From NCBI RefSeq assembly GCF_006345805.1, contig NC_043002.1, positions 34,100,001 to 34,164,000 on the forward strand: a stretch of 64,000 nt of DNA, written 5' to 3'. The DNA is from Octopus sinensis (lineage: Eukaryota). This document shows positions 27,689-42,015 of the stretch, piece after piece (within the stretch, counting starts at the first letter, position 1; the number at the start of each line of letters is the position of its first letter). The notes below the pieces were generated by a model, which saw nothing but the letters and a program-made list of their open reading frames with translations, made no database searches and had not been told where the DNA came from. The position numbers were made by a program, and so were the translations under genes.

Positions 27689-27966
27689 GCGCCCTTTTTC
27701 AAGCCTTGCCAGGCTCTTGGGCCTGGTTTCCCGGTTTCTGTGGCGTAAGTGTTCCTCGCAGCGTTACTCAAGAAACAGGAAGAGAGAGTGAGAGAAAGTT
27801 GGGGCAAAAGAGTTCAACAGGGGTCGCCACCACTCCCTGCCAGAGCTTCGTGGAGCTTTAGATATTTTCACTCTATAAACACAAACAACGCTCGGTCTGG
27901 GAATTGAAACCGCGATCCTCCAACCGCGAGTCCGCTGTCCTAACCACTGGTCCATTGCGCATCCAC
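27689..27966 (-). mobile_element. tRNA-derived SINE family 3 (MetaSINE-like tail)
   Basis: Homologous to 45313-45605; tRNA head and a gaaaccgggaaacc tail. Confidence 0.8.
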
Positions 27967-27998
27967 GATAAAATAAGTACCAACTGATTAATCAAACT

Positions 27999-28520
27999 CA
28001 GGGGTTCTCAACCATTTTTTTAATTTATGGACTCCTTTCATTATTATTGTATTCTGGTGGACCCTATAGCCATTCAGTGTTTAAAAACTAGTTTTATAGA
28101 ACCTTCTTTCAAAATTCTTATTTTATTTTCCCCACATTAACTTGTGTAGGTTGAACTATGTAAAATTTTAGGGACAGAAACTTAGCTATCCCTCTGCCAC
28201 TACGTTCTGAGTTCAAATTCCCCCGAGGTCGACTTTGCCTTTCATCCTTTCAGGGTCGATTAAATAAGTACCAGTTACGCACTGGGGTTGATATAATCGA
28301 CTTAATCACTTTATCTGTCCTTGTTTGTCCCCTCTGTGTATAGCCCCTTGTGGGCAGTAAATAAATAAGAAACTTAGCTATCTCTTGCAGTACACACCAA
28401 TGCATACATCTAAAGCAAAATTTTTCAGTAGCCCTTAAAATACTGTTGTGGATCACCAATTTACTATTTTATTGCGTGGACCCCTAAAATCTTATATGGA
28501 CCCTGAGGGGCCTTATGGAC
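27999..28520. mobile_element. Second hAT-Charlie-like MITE, interrupted by a SINE; right TIR lost
   Basis: caggggttctcaacc start; colinear with 24997-25335. Confidence 0.8.
28191..28367 (+). mobile_element. 5'-truncated SINE family 1 variant with alternative 3' tail and 15-bp TSD
   Basis: TSD agaaacttagctatc at 28176-28190 and 28368-28382. Confidence 0.85.
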
Positions 28521-28841
28521 AACCCTAAAATGTCTTACCTTGTGTTTATGTTAGGGTCCGTTATCAATGTTTGTTATTGTTATCTTTACTGCTGTGGCTA
28601 TTGTGGTTATTGTTGTGGTGATGGCTGTTGTCGTGATTATTGTTTATGCTGTGGGTTGTTGTGGTTATTGTGGCAGATATTGTTGTAAGTAGGCCAAGAC
28701 AGCAGACTTGATATTGAATTAACAGTGAGATTATTGTAGCAATGGAAGTCACTCAAGAGGACTGAACTTGTAATAAACGTGTTTGAACTATCCTCCTCTA
28801 CACCTCCACCACCACCACCACCACCACCACCACCACCACTA

Positions 28842-28884
<43 letters not shown>

Positions 28885-28891
28885 GCTGCTG

Positions 28892-28930
<39 letters not shown>

Positions 28931-29042
28931 TTCACACATGCAAGAGTATGTACACATACACACACACACATACACACATACCATATTCCTTAATATTTCT
29001 AATTGAGCTTGAATGATGATGATGACGACGACGACGACGACG

Positions 29043-29149
29043 GAGAAGAAGAAGAAGAAGAAGAAGAAGAAGAAGAAGAAGAAGAAGAAGAAGAAGAAGA
29101 AGAAGAAGAAGAAGAAGAAGAAGAAGAAGAAGAAGAAGAAGAAGAAGAA
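29043..29149 (+). repeat. Pure (GAA)n, about 35 units
   Basis: Read directly from the sequence. Confidence 0.95.
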
Positions 29150-29327
29150 AGAGGTGAAGGAGGAAGAGGAGGATAAGAAGCAAATTGTAATTTAATTGAT
29201 GTTTACAAGATCAAAAGAAAGAATAAAGAAAGCGAAAATGAAAAGTTATTACGGGTAGATGATTGAATACGAGTAGAGAGAATGGTCTGGGGTTAAATAG
29301 AGTGAGATAGGTGGGGTTTTACCTCTC

Positions 29328-29434
<107 letters not shown>

Positions 29435-30199
29435 TATGTGTGTGCATAGTATACAAATATGTGTGTATGTATATATAACTGATGGAGCTTCTTTATCAGT
29501 TTCACCTGAAGAATTTATAATTAGCAAACAGGAAATATTTCGTTTTTGATCTTGATTATTATACTGGAAATAACTTAGATATAACTGTCGAAGCGGCGTA
29601 CAAGTGTGTGTGGAAAGGACTATCAAAGATCAATACTATCGACACTGTATAGGAATATCAAGAAAGGACTGCCATACATAATACTATATGACCTGACATA
29701 CGTGTGAAGAAATAATAACTTACACTTGTTGACTCCGCTTGAGGACAACCCATCCTATTTGCTCTGCACATGGGTAAAAGTGGACGGCACATGTGACACC
29801 AATACAAACTATTTGCACAGCACAGTAAATTCAGGAACACATGTGAGAGCAGGACATTATCCATTTCTTCGTGGGAAAACGGTCAACCAAATAGAATATA
29901 TCGGATATCAACTAATGAGTATGAGTATGCTATAATATTGTTACTAGGGATTCTCCTGAAACTGTAGATATAACCCTAAAGTATACTAGTTTTTACGAGA
30001 CAGCACCACTTCAGTAAATACTGGACCTGTCAGGAGCAAACTGTGGCCCGCGATGGTAGGCCTAATGAAACTTTCTGGATTGTGGGTCTTATGAAAAATT
30101 ACCTTGAATTGTTTTTTAGTAGTGCGGCTCGCTGATGATGAACCATAACTAATGTGGTCCGCTTGAAAAAAAAGTTGCCCATTTTTATATATCGATTCA

Positions 30200-30725
30200 T
30201 TGATGGAAAGGTCAGGCCAAGTGTGGGAGCATGAGCCGTTGCAGCGCGTTGCTTTATTCACCATTTGCTCGTCCACGTCTTTTTAGGACTTCAGACTCGC
30301 AGTTAATGCCGCATGAATCTGATTGCCGAGATAAATGAAGCGGTCCAGAACTTCGACATTCTCATCCGTAACAGAGACAGACGAGTCTTTCAAGAAACCA
30401 ACATTTGACTAAATCTTTGTGTTGACCGAAAAGACTCTAAGGCCAAGTGGTTCCGCTTCCTTGCTCAATGAAGATATCCAGAGACTCAGCAAGAATAACT
30501 GCGTCATCAGCAAAATTTAGGTCTGTAATCCTAGTTTCACCAATAAGTGCTCCACAGCTCAATCGAGCTTTCATTCGGCCAAGTGCCCAGTCTGTGCAAG
30601 CAATGAGCAAAGTGGGAGCCAAGATATAAATCTGACGGACCCCATATCTAACTGAGAAAAAGTCAGATGTTAAACCCCAAATCCATACTGCAGTGATTGT
30701 TCCGGTGCACAAGGCCAGCGAGGTA
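30200..30725 (-). mobile_element. RTE-type LINE reverse-transcriptase fragment
   Basis: GVRQ..ILAPTL...ITDLNFADDAVILAESL, then a VEVLDRFIYLG-like segment. Confidence 0.8.
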
Positions 30726-30855
30726 CTTCAAATGGTTGTTGAAAAGTTGCCCCAGATTTAATAATCTTAATTTTTTTTTGCATTAGGTACTGTCTTTACG
30801 TAGAGTAGAGCATCTCAGTTACTTCAACTGGCCTCATATTATTATTGCTTAATAC

Positions 30856-31290
30856 AAGGCAACGAGCTGACAGAATCGTTGGCACGTCCGGTAAGATGCT
30901 TAGTGGCATTTCGTCTGTCTTCGCGTGCTGAGTTCAAATTCCGCCAGGTTTGACTTTGTCTTTCATCCTTTCGGGGTCGATAAAATAAGTACCAGCTAAA
31001 CACTGGGGTCGCTGTGATCGACTTGCACAATCATTAGAAAACCATTATTATTGTTTAATATATTTATCAAGCAAAATGGCGAAGACTTGGCAGAATCTTT
31101 AACACGCCGAGCAAAAATGCTTAATGGCATTTCGTTCGCTTTAGCATTCTGATTTCAAAGTCCACCGAGATCGACTTTCCATTTCATCCTTTCGGGATAG
31201 AAATAATAAATACCAGTCAAGTCATGTTTTGACATCATCGACTTATCGCTTCTCCTGAAATTACTGGCCTTGTATCAAACTTTGTAACCA
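30856..31290 (+). mobile_element. Two tandem SINE family 1 copies (30856-31025, 31075-31290)
   Basis: Head and core similarity to the other copies. Confidence 0.8.
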
Positions 31291-31959
31291 ATATATTTAT
31301 CAAGCAATCAGCAAGGACTGAACTCATTACCTTCATCTTAAGATGCTCTAACAACCGACTCGATTTAGCCAAATTATAGATAAAAGTTATCCTTTTATTA
31401 GAGACTGTCCTTCTAATTGGATTCATGCTGGTCAAACACAAAATGAGTTAGTAAACGATATCCAGATGAATGGATCAACAATGGATCATTAATACGATCC
31501 CATCTACTCTATCTTCATGTTAATCTCAAGTGAATCTCACACCTGAAATTCTAACTTCGTCTGTTTATACAAAATGTATTAAACAGCAAACAATATTAAA
31601 CAATATTTTAACTGTCTTCGCCAAAATTTATATTTATCAGTCCCATTATATATTCATTCAATTATATTTCTATGCTAATTCTATATAATTTGTCTTAATT
31701 CTTCAACTGAAAATTCTACGAGATCTCTATAAAGTGATTGTGTGAATAATTTCAAATTAACAGAAATTAGGGAATTCTTTATTTCCAAGTACTTTCCATC
31801 TTAATATTGGTCAGATAACTTCAGATATTAAGGGGAGATGTTCTGACGTTCCAAGCAGAAACCTCCTCGAGATTTGAAGGCAAACTTGTCTTCTGATGTG
31901 ATTCAGAAGTTCCTTTAGCATTCAAATGATTGGGAAAATATTTTTCATCTTCAAATATA

Positions 31960-32009
<50 letters not shown>

Positions 32010-32092
32010 AATCAAAAGGGAAACAAAAAAACAACAACAACAGGAACAATTACAGTATATTATTAAAAGGCGCAGGAGAGGGAAGCAGGGAG

Positions 32093-32127
32093 GTATGACG
32101 TTTCGAGCGGAGCTCTTCGTCGGAAAC
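32093..32127 (-). ncRNA. Hammerhead-like motif, family B (U4C variant)
   Basis: gttt-CCGACGA-a-gagc(tcc)gctc-GAAAC-GTC-atac, within a Penelope-like remnant at about 32000-32300. Confidence 0.55.
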
Positions 32128-32880
32128 ATAAAGAAGGAAGAGAGAGGAAAGAAAGATCCAGAGCGGGCAACAGGGAAAGAGAAAAAAGACGACTGGTGTT
32201 TACGAGTTGCACATGGTGAAAGGCGGATGTTGACGATAACAAGAGCAAAGTGGGTTTTTAAGGCTAAAGAGTGGAGACAAGGTTGGTAACCCAACAGATG
32301 TGTGTGTATGTGTGAGTGTGTGCGTGTGCGTGTGTGTATGTGTGTGTGGAGGCGAGATGAAAAAACAAAAAAATATGTGTGTGTTAGTGTGTGCGTCTGT
32401 GTGTAGGCGTGTGAGGTAGGGCGAGACTAGTGGTCAGCTAGCAGACGAGGTCAGTAGTAAGAAAAAGAAGGAGGAGGAAGGGAGGCAGTAGTAGTAGTAG
32501 AAAAAGAAGGAAGGAGGAAGGGAGGGAGGGGAAGGGGTGGGGGCGTATGTAGGTGCCAGCGTGTGTGTGTTGAGTAGTAGTGTGTGTGTGTGTCAGTGTC
32601 GTGGTGGTATTAATGGCGAGTAGATTGAATGTGTGTAAGAGTGATGTATATATATAGGCAAGGTGTGTATATGTGTGCGCGTGTGTGTAACGAAAAAGGG
32701 GGGGGGGTTAAGGAAAAAGGACTCCAGCTGAGGGGAAGATGGGGAGATGATGTACATGTATTTTATATTAGAAGAAATTCGGTACTCAGAAATTCGGATG
32801 GTTTTATATTTACAGATATTTATTTGTATATTACATGTTTTTATACATCATATAACTTATATATGTTTGTATATAATTAC

Positions 32881-32932
<52 letters not shown>

Positions 32933-32959
32933 TGTGTGTGTGTGTGTGTGTTTGTGTGT

Positions 32960-33152
32960 TTCGCTATGATTGATCGGTAGCTACTAAACCTTTTTATTTT
33001 CTCTCTCTGCTTATTTCTGTGTTCCTTTCTGTCGAAGAGCGTAGGCTCGAAACGTAAAAGACTTTCTCACTTCCCGAGCGTTAAACTAACACACCTGTTT
33101 GTTGTTTACACCCGCCTTCGTCTTTTGTTTTGTTTTTTTGTAAATTCCAACT
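32960..33152 (+). mobile_element. Element family A with hammerhead-like motif (33025-33060)
   Basis: cttt-CTGTCGA-a-gagc(gtag)gctc-GAAAC-GTA-aaag; flanked by (TG)n and (TA)n. Confidence 0.7.
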
Positions 33153-34753
33153 ATATATATATATATACCTACACGCACACGTACGCACGCACACACACAC
33201 ACACTAGCTTTGCACCCCGGTGTTGCCCAGGTGTTATGACCTACAACCACATTGTGTTATTTGTTCCTTTCAGAACTGGCATAGGTAGAGTATGAAGCAG
33301 AATTGGCGCAGATGGAGCCAATAACTCTTCTTTATAAACATGTTTTTCGGTCATTTTCTGATGAGCAATGCTGCAGTTTCCGTCTACCAAATTCAGTCAT
33401 AAGTCCGTGATTGGTCTAGGGCTCTTGCTCAAGGTAATATGCGGAAGGACTGAACGTGAAACCATGTGGTTGGGAAGCAAACTTCTCAACCACGCAATCA
33501 TTCTTGCGCCTAACGTGTGTGTGTGTGTGTATGTTTACATTTGTTGTTAAATCGACTATTGCGTCCCACTGTCTCAAAGTTAGCAGTTCATCAACCGGAG
33601 ATCTATAAAATACATACAGAGGTCAGTATGATCAATTCAATTTTTGAAGGTGATACGCCATCATGGTGATAGTCGAAAGACTAAACCCAGTAGAATTATG
33701 TTTAAAGACTTAATGGCTTCAAATTTAAGGTAATGGATTACCAACCACAAGATAATGAGTGCAAATCTGTCTATTGAACTTCCACTCTATACGATATATG
33801 TGTACTTGACTACCAACAATTAACAATTGTAATTTGAAGTTGAATGGTTAACAATAAGAAAGATATCCAGATTTCTTTAAAAATTATTGTGCAAAACATT
33901 CTAAGAAAAAGTATTTTTTCACCACACCACACACACACACACGCACGCACGCATGCACGCACACATACACAGGTGTCTCTGTGGTAACTTGAGCTACTAC
34001 AAATAGCAGCCAAATCTCTCATAAAACACCCGTTCATCAAAAGAAAGACAAAGATTTACAGTATTTCGAGAAGAAAAAAAAAGAAAATATATGCAATGGA
34101 TCGGCTACACCAAAAGCAACTCTGGAATAAACAAAACACAGACAGACATACTTCATTAAAAGATTATCTTCTAAATAATACTTATAAAGTTGACGGTATA
34201 TCTTCGAAGTTTCATTTCCTGGTAAAACTACATTTATTTTATGATTATTCAGGCAGTGTTGCCTCCTTTAGCTAATGACCTCAAAATTGTGCGACCCAAG
34301 CTCGTTTTCGAGGTTATTTTTGTAGTAAAAAAAGAGTGGTGCAAAAAACTTACTTCATTTGTTAACTGAAAGATTACTGAATCTTTTGATACCTCATACC
34401 TCAAAATCAACAACTCCGTTTTCGAATCCATAAGGAACATACCCACACACATACACATATTCTACTATAAAAGATATGCATACATACACACGCGTACATG
34501 ATTAATAATTATTACTAAACAATATAGAAGTATAGAAAGGTATAAATATATAAGCACACATAAATATATATGCATGCGTGTATGCATATATGTGTGTATA
34601 TATATGCATATATACATATATATATACAGAGAGAGGGAGAGAGAGATACACATACATGTAAATGCATGTACATATGCAGATATATTTATTTATGAATATC
34701 TGCATGTACGCGCGCGTGGGTGTGCGTTGTTGCGTGCGTGTCTGTGTGTGTGT

Positions 34754-34833
<80 letters not shown>

Positions 34834-35125
34834 AAACGGATATGTCCATTAAGAAATTCACTGAATGATAAATGTCCAAATAAGTGTGCATTTGTGAAAA
34901 AATATGACTATGAGCGTGTGTATGTGTGTTTCTCTGTGTATGTATGCTTATAAGTGTATGTATATAGATGTGCGTGTGTATATATATATATATGTAAAAC
35001 AAATAATTCATACACACATACACACATACACGCACATATGTATACGTAAGTGAATTAAATTCATATATATATATTATATATATACATATAATATATATAT
35101 ATAATATATATATATAATATATATA

Positions 35126-35184
<59 letters not shown>

Positions 35185-36231
35185 AATACACATTTATGCA
35201 TGCATACATACATATATGCATACAAATAAACGTACATTTATGTATGATATTTATATACATCCATACGTGCATACATACATGCATACATACATACATACAT
35301 ACATACATACATACATACATACATACATACATACATGCATGCATGCATACATACATACATACATACATACATACATACATACATACATACATACATACAT
35401 ACATACATACATACGCGGACGCTAAATTAAATGCGATTGAATGAAACGATAACCATTATGAGAAAGAAAGCGTTCACAGCGGACTAATTAGTGTAAGAGC
35501 AGAAATACGTGTGTATGTGTCTGCATATGTGTTGTATACGTGTGAATGCATGTGTTGTACTTGTATTTGTATGTGTGTGCATGTGTTGTTATGGAGGAAG
35601 GTGAGACTGTGACTGGGTAGTAAGGGAAGTCAATAAAATGGGTAACTCAAGTGAATAAAGAGTGGAGTGACAGAGGTGAGTGAATGGGCTGGTTTAAGGT
35701 AGTGTTGGAGGTGGGGGTTGAAGGGAACTACTACGGCTGCATTAACATTAAACTGTACTATATCAATTCAATAGCATTAATATAAACGAATTATCATGAC
35801 GATATTAAATAATATACTATAACTTATCTCTCTTCTCTCTCTCCTTCTCTCTCTTCACCTTTCTCTCCTCCTCCTCCCGCTCTTCTTTTCTCGTTTTTAC
35901 CTTCAACCCAATCAACATCTCTTCCTTTGTTCAGGGACGCCATCCCCCCACTTCACACTTCAGTATTTATGACTTTGGCCAATGGTTTGGCAAAATACTC
36001 CTCTCGGTATTCAATTGGGATGGGAGAAAGTTCATCTAATTTACTCCATGAACACGCATGCATTCATAAACACACATACACACACATATACACGTAATAT
36101 ATGTGAGTCTATATAAACACTATGTATGTATGTGTATAGATATATATATACACACATATTTTTATATGTCATATATATATATATACACATGCACGCACAT
36201 TATATTATATTTTGATATATCATGCCATATC

Positions 36232-36276
<45 letters not shown>

Positions 36277-36355
36277 TGTGGACGACATCAGGTAGCCCAA
36301 TGTGAAAATGCTTTAATCGACATACTAATAGATATATACCCAACGTCCAAGTAGT

Positions 36356-36458
<103 letters not shown>

Positions 36459-36462
36459 TGAC

Positions 36463-36858
36463 GTCACTAAAGAGACTGAGTGCACTAGTCAGCACCAGTA
36501 TTGCTAGAAATAAGAGTTAAAACAACTCATAACCACAAGAAACACCTTATCTTAATGACTGACAAGGAAGGCAAGCTCTCTCAGCGCCTAGACATAGAAA
36601 GATCGCAGTGATTTCACATTTATATTAATGCTCGTCAGTGACTCTCACCTAGTACCTTGGATTAAACTCATCTCGCCTTGTCAGTTTATAAGATTATCGT
36701 ATAAATCATACGCTGATTTTCTAAACGGTAAAAATGAAAATTATAAATAGTAAGAGTGTCAGTCATTAAGATAAGGTCCTTCTTGTAGGTAGGACTTGTT
36801 TTAACTCTTATTTCTAGCAATACTGGCGCTGACTAGTGCTTGCATTCACTTTAGTGAC
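36463..36858. repeat. Inverted repeat, about 100-bp arms and 190-bp spacer
   Basis: gcactagtcagcaccagtattgctagaaataagagttaaaacaa...ttaatgactgaca mirrored at 36757-36840. Confidence 0.85.
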
Positions 36859-37223
36859 GCACATATTTCTGCATTTCGGTTGTAAAATTGTGAACAGGCC
36901 ATCCTTATTATATCTAGTATATATAAATCACAGTATGTGTGTATAATGACTAACGCATACATTTCCACGATTATCAACCGATTTTCACCAAACTTTACAC
37001 ACACATTACTTATGTTCCAAGGATGGTCATGCACTAAACATTTTCCCCGGAGCTCCCGCGAAAATGGACGTGAATGGACATAATATTTTGTATGTAGGAT
37101 CTTCCATACTTTTTAAATCTTTTTATAAAAGTGCAAAGGTTTTTGTCTAAGGATTTAGACAACAACAACAACAACATCGAAAAATGCCTTAGGAATGAGA
37201 ACCCAGGTTCGAAATTTCCCCAA

Positions 37224-37269
37224 GACACCTGATGAAGGCTGGAGAGTATATCAGCCGAAACCTTGTGTT
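37224..37269 (+). ncRNA. Minimal hammerhead-like motif
   Basis: gacac-CTGATGA-a-ggctg(10 nt)cagcc-GAAAC-CTT-gtgtt: intact core, 5-bp stem II, 5-bp stem I; stem III pairing disrupted. Confidence 0.65.
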
Positions 37270-37689
37270 AACAACAAACAAGGTGGGGACAAATATATCC
37301 GTCAAATGTAAATAATGTACAAAATTCCTCATCTCTTAAATATAGAACTGTAAATAATATTTTGCTGCTTTCATTATTCAATTAAAGATGGCTAATAAAG
37401 AAGCCATCATATTGTTCGACAACGGAACGTGTTCCTCGTCAAAAATTGAGGACAAAGAAATAGAATGGCCTACACTTAATGACGTCACCGAAGCGAATAA
37501 TGTTTCGTCTCTATGCAACGTCAAAACTTTCGGTGTTGACAACGACGACGACGACAACAACAATAATAATAACAACAACAGCAACACAGCAACAAAAATA
37601 GCAACAACAACAACAACAACAACAACAATAAGAAAGAAATGAAACATAAAAATGCGAATTTCGCCTCCGTTTCTTTTTCGTTTGCGGCG

Positions 37690-39030
37690 AGAAATATAGA
37701 AAATTTCCTTAGATGAAGATTTTAAGATATCAAGGAAAATTGTAAAACGGAATGGGAGAAGGGTAGCTGTAAACCCTCCATCTGACGTGATCGGAGTTAA
37801 GTCACGGCGGGTGGAAAATGCTCCTGAGAGCGAAATACAAAAATGTCACATCACCCGAGGAAAGAAGTTTGGAATTATTGAGGTGAGATTTGGGACAGAA
37901 GAAGAAGCGAGGTGTAATTCCGCGATCAATTCAGCTATCGCGGCCAACGCCTTGTCAAGATTAAGGTGCTAAATATGCCGCCAGAAATATTCATTACCTG
38001 GTTAGTGACGGCCGTTTTTGCAGGTTTAGAAGAAGTCGAAGTGACAATATTTGAGGTCAAGAAAAACCTAAGCAAAACTGGTCAGGTATAGGTACGGAGC
38101 TGACCTTACAATGCAAGCAGGACCGTATCGACCAGCTGTCCGATCTAATTGATCTCCCTTATGTTACTCACCTGTCAGTGTTAGTGGAGAGTTGAAAGCC
38201 AAGATTCCACATGTGGATCTGTAACTCACGTAAAGGCTTTCTGCCCTGAAACAAGAAAAAATAAACTCCCACTGCTGCCAAAATTACAAACACCACAAAC
38301 GCAAAATCATGAAAAAGTGCTCAAGACTCCTACACCCACACCCACATCCACGCATACATGCACTCCTAAACCAAGACAAAGAAGGAGCCTTCCCCCAGTT
38401 GCCACGGAAACACAAGTTTCTCCTGAATGCTCTATCTCCCAAACCAACGTCAACTGCAATGACATGGAGAAACAAGAGCTGAACAATCAATGAATCACAG
38501 TGACAACAGGGGGTAGGCAAAAGAGGAGCAGAGTACATAGCCCTGCTCCAAGAACTCAACAAAAAACTTATTCTGAAACCACAACTGCAACGCAATTCAC
38601 AACCATTCCAACAAAAATAACAACTTCAAAAACAGCAACATCATTAACAAAAGCACGAAACCACAGAAACACAGAACAACCAATTACAGTACTTCAAAAA
38701 CAAGAATATTCATCAGATTGTAGAGGAAATGTATCTATGAATTTCACTGTTGTAAACAAATGCAACAGTGAATTGATGGATTTTGTAAGTCAAAGCAAAA
38801 ACAAAATAGAGACAGAGGGAAAAGAATCTGAGGGCTTACTCCTCAAAATCCCTAAGGATAGATTTTTAATTAAAACGTCTTCAGAGGTTTATAAAACTAC
38901 AAGAGAAAAATTCCTATGTAGTGTGGGGATTTTTAAAAAGATCAATTGATAAAAGGCGATTGGAAGGGCGTTTTAAAATATTTTCGCCTGTAAAGAGGCC
39001 TGGGACATCCGGGCTTCTCAAAAATCAAGG
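37690..39030 (+). pseudogene. Decayed L1/Tx1-like ORF1 (gag-like)
   Basis: RRM-like IIEVRFGTEEEAR; zinc-knuckle remnant CGSVTHVKAFCP at about 38212-38250; Thr/Lys-rich tail; frameshifts. Confidence 0.5.
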
Positions 39031-39676
39031 TGAGTAACCTCATTTTATTTCTCCGACTTGGATGACTGTGCTGAGAATAGAGTGTCTGAATGTGCGTGGC
39101 CTGTATATCTTTTAAAAATTTTTGTCATATTTTTGTTGATTTTCTTAGCTGATTCTCTCCTCGAAAGATGTGGTTTCCATGTAGGAAATATACGCGCTGG
39201 GTAGGGCTGGAATGTATTTCTGTGTGTGCCCATCTGTGTTTGTGTTTGTAAAATGGGTGGAGAGAGAAAGAATAAGAGCGAGGGAGTTAGGTTGGAAATT
39301 TTTCTGGCTTGTTGTTAGTGTCGTTGTTGGTAATGCTGGCATTGCCGTCGGTGCTGGTGATGGTACTGCAACTCTTATTTATGTCACAGATGCAGATGTA
39401 TATGTTTTTACTGCTGCTATTGTTGATATTGGTAATGCTGCTGTTTTTCTTGTTCTCTTCGTTACTGCTGCTGTATGCTGCTGTTGTTATTGCTGGGAGT
39501 GTGTGTCGGCGATTGTTGGAGCTTACTTTGTCTCCTGTTCTATGTTGAGGACAGAAAGCTCTTAATTGGCCTTTTTATTCATTTGCCATTTTAATTTCAT
39601 TTTACTGCTCTGTACTCGATTGAAGCTAATGTGTCATGAATTCTAACGACAGGGTATTTGTATCGTTATGCCTAAG

Positions 39677-39727
<51 letters not shown>

Positions 39728-39754
39728 ATACATACGTGTGTATATATATATATA

Positions 39755-40921
39755 TAATTTAATAAATAAAATATATGCATACATACATACATATATGTAC
39801 GTACCTACATCTATATGTATATATACATGCATATATATATGTATATAAGTACAGGACACCACAAATAAACGTAGAACACAACGAGAAAAGAAAACATAAA
39901 AACAAACTAAGAAACGGACATTTTCTTTTAACAACGAAATATTCCCCTTCATCAGCTGTCCCTGGTTCGACTCAATGTGTGTTTCGAAGGTAAGGACAGA
40001 ACACGATCCGGTCGAAGCAATCCTTCCTGCAAAAGAATTAAATAAAATTCTTTTGCAGAGGGGTAAAACAAGGAAAGAAAAAAATGTGACAAGAACAGGA
40101 CGTAAAAGCAATGCAAATAAAAATACAGTACACATAAAGAATAAAAACAGGACAAGGAAACCAACATTGAGGGCTTTTTTTAAAGCCTAGACGATGGAAA
40201 AATTCGGAGCGCAAGAAAAAGTCGGTGTTGACTTGTAGAAAGCTGCGAGCAAAAGAAAGTTGGTAGTCCACTCAGCAGTGAGAGAGATGAGGAGGAGTGA
40301 GAGAGAGAGAGAGATAGAGAGGAAAGGAAACCAGAAAGGGTGAAAAATAAGAAGGAGAGAGACAGGTAAAGAGGAAGACAGACAGGAAGGAAGGAAAGGT
40401 CAAGTAAAGGGTTACAGAGTTCGCGTCATAATCTTTATATATAAAAGAGAGGTTGTGAGTTGTCTGTCTCCTACGATTTAGATTCCTAACTACTCCCACA
40501 TTTTGCGGTGCAGTTTAACCAAAACCGGGTATCTTATAGTCGTGATTCATATCGAGCCCTTCTGGGTATTAGCGCGCGTCTACGATGAGTCTACGATGAG
40601 TCTACGATGAGTCTACGATTTAAAAAAAAAAATTACCATAAATTTTTCCCATTTTTAATGCATTTTTGGCATATATAAGGGAAGTAACTCTCTAAAAATT
40701 TATTATTAAATCTCAGAACGTAAAAAGCTACAGTAACCCCCCCCCTTTGTGGTTAGCCATAATGTTTATATAGTTATTTCCCTTACAAACCCGAGCAACG
40801 CCGGGCGATACTGCTAGTTATATATAAAAACTTACTTGGAGAAAAGAAACGAAACGACGCCAGGGCGCTCAGTCATATGATAATTTAATAAATAAAATAT
40901 ATGCATACATACATACATACA

Positions 40922-40954
<33 letters not shown>

Positions 40955-41696
40955 GTACGTACCTACATCTATATGTATATATACATGCATATATTATATT
41001 ATTGCGGCGTTACGTGGCACCCCCCCCCTCCAGTTTTTCCAATTTAAACCCTGCACGACTTCTATACACACTGTCTTTTACTACCCGCCATTGCTTCTTC
41101 ACCAAACTTTTTGGCGCCCTCCGATTCTTCCCCTCTCTTCCTCCCATCCTCCTCCCCTCTTCCTCCCATCCTCCTTAATCCCTTCTTTCTCCTTTTCTCT
41201 TGGTCACTGATTCTGTCCCCTGCCTTCCACCCTCTTTGATTCCCTCTCTCTCTGTCTCTCTTTCTCTCTCTCCTGCGACCTGCTGCTTCTTCAACCATTC
41301 TGTTGGCCTCGTATCTCGACCAACATGTGTCCCCGCTACCGAAACGGTAATTATTTCTACGCCAGCTGCTATGTTGTGTTGTTTTGTCTCATTTGTCTAA
41401 AGTCGTATGACAACCACCGTTATATATATTTTGTTTATTCATTACTGTTTTCAATTTCGTTTTCGTCTCTTGTATTCACATCCGTCTTGTGCGTTCACAT
41501 TCCTGTCTTCTACCAAGAAATCTAATGCTTACAGCTTAGTTTTTTCTTGGGGCTGGCCGAGTTGGAGCAAATATCAGAATTGAACAGCCGAAATTTGCTA
41601 TGATGATTCGGTGTCTGACTGAAGATTGAGGCTTCGAATGATTTGCCTGTGTTCCGTGTTCGTCCCTTCCCCTATTTCACGTTCATTATATATAAA

Positions 41697-41783
<87 letters not shown>

Positions 41784-42015
41784 TACAGAACACCACAAAT
41801 AAACGTAGAACACAACGAGAAACGAAAACATAAAAACAAACTAGGAAGCGGACTTTTTTTTAACAACGAAAAAACAGAGTACAAGTCAAACAATACAAGG
41901 AATATTCATGTAGGTACGTACATATATGTATGTATGTATGCATATATTTTATTTATTAAATTATTATATGACTGAGCGCCCTCGTGTCGTTTCGTTTCTT
42001 TTCTCCAAGTAAGTT

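Noticed and set aside
28539-28761. Minus-strand exon with strong donor AAG|gtaag
   Set aside because: All three frames contain stops; at most a non-coding exon.
29724-29864. Minus-strand Cys-rich ORF ending at a gtaagt donor
   Set aside because: No recognisable domain and ambiguous frame/acceptor; cannot be supported without RNA data.
41616-41642. ctgactgaag...cttcgaatg as a hammerhead (mirror at about 46150-46176)
   Set aside because: Core has an insertion and lacks GAAA-C; too degenerate to call.
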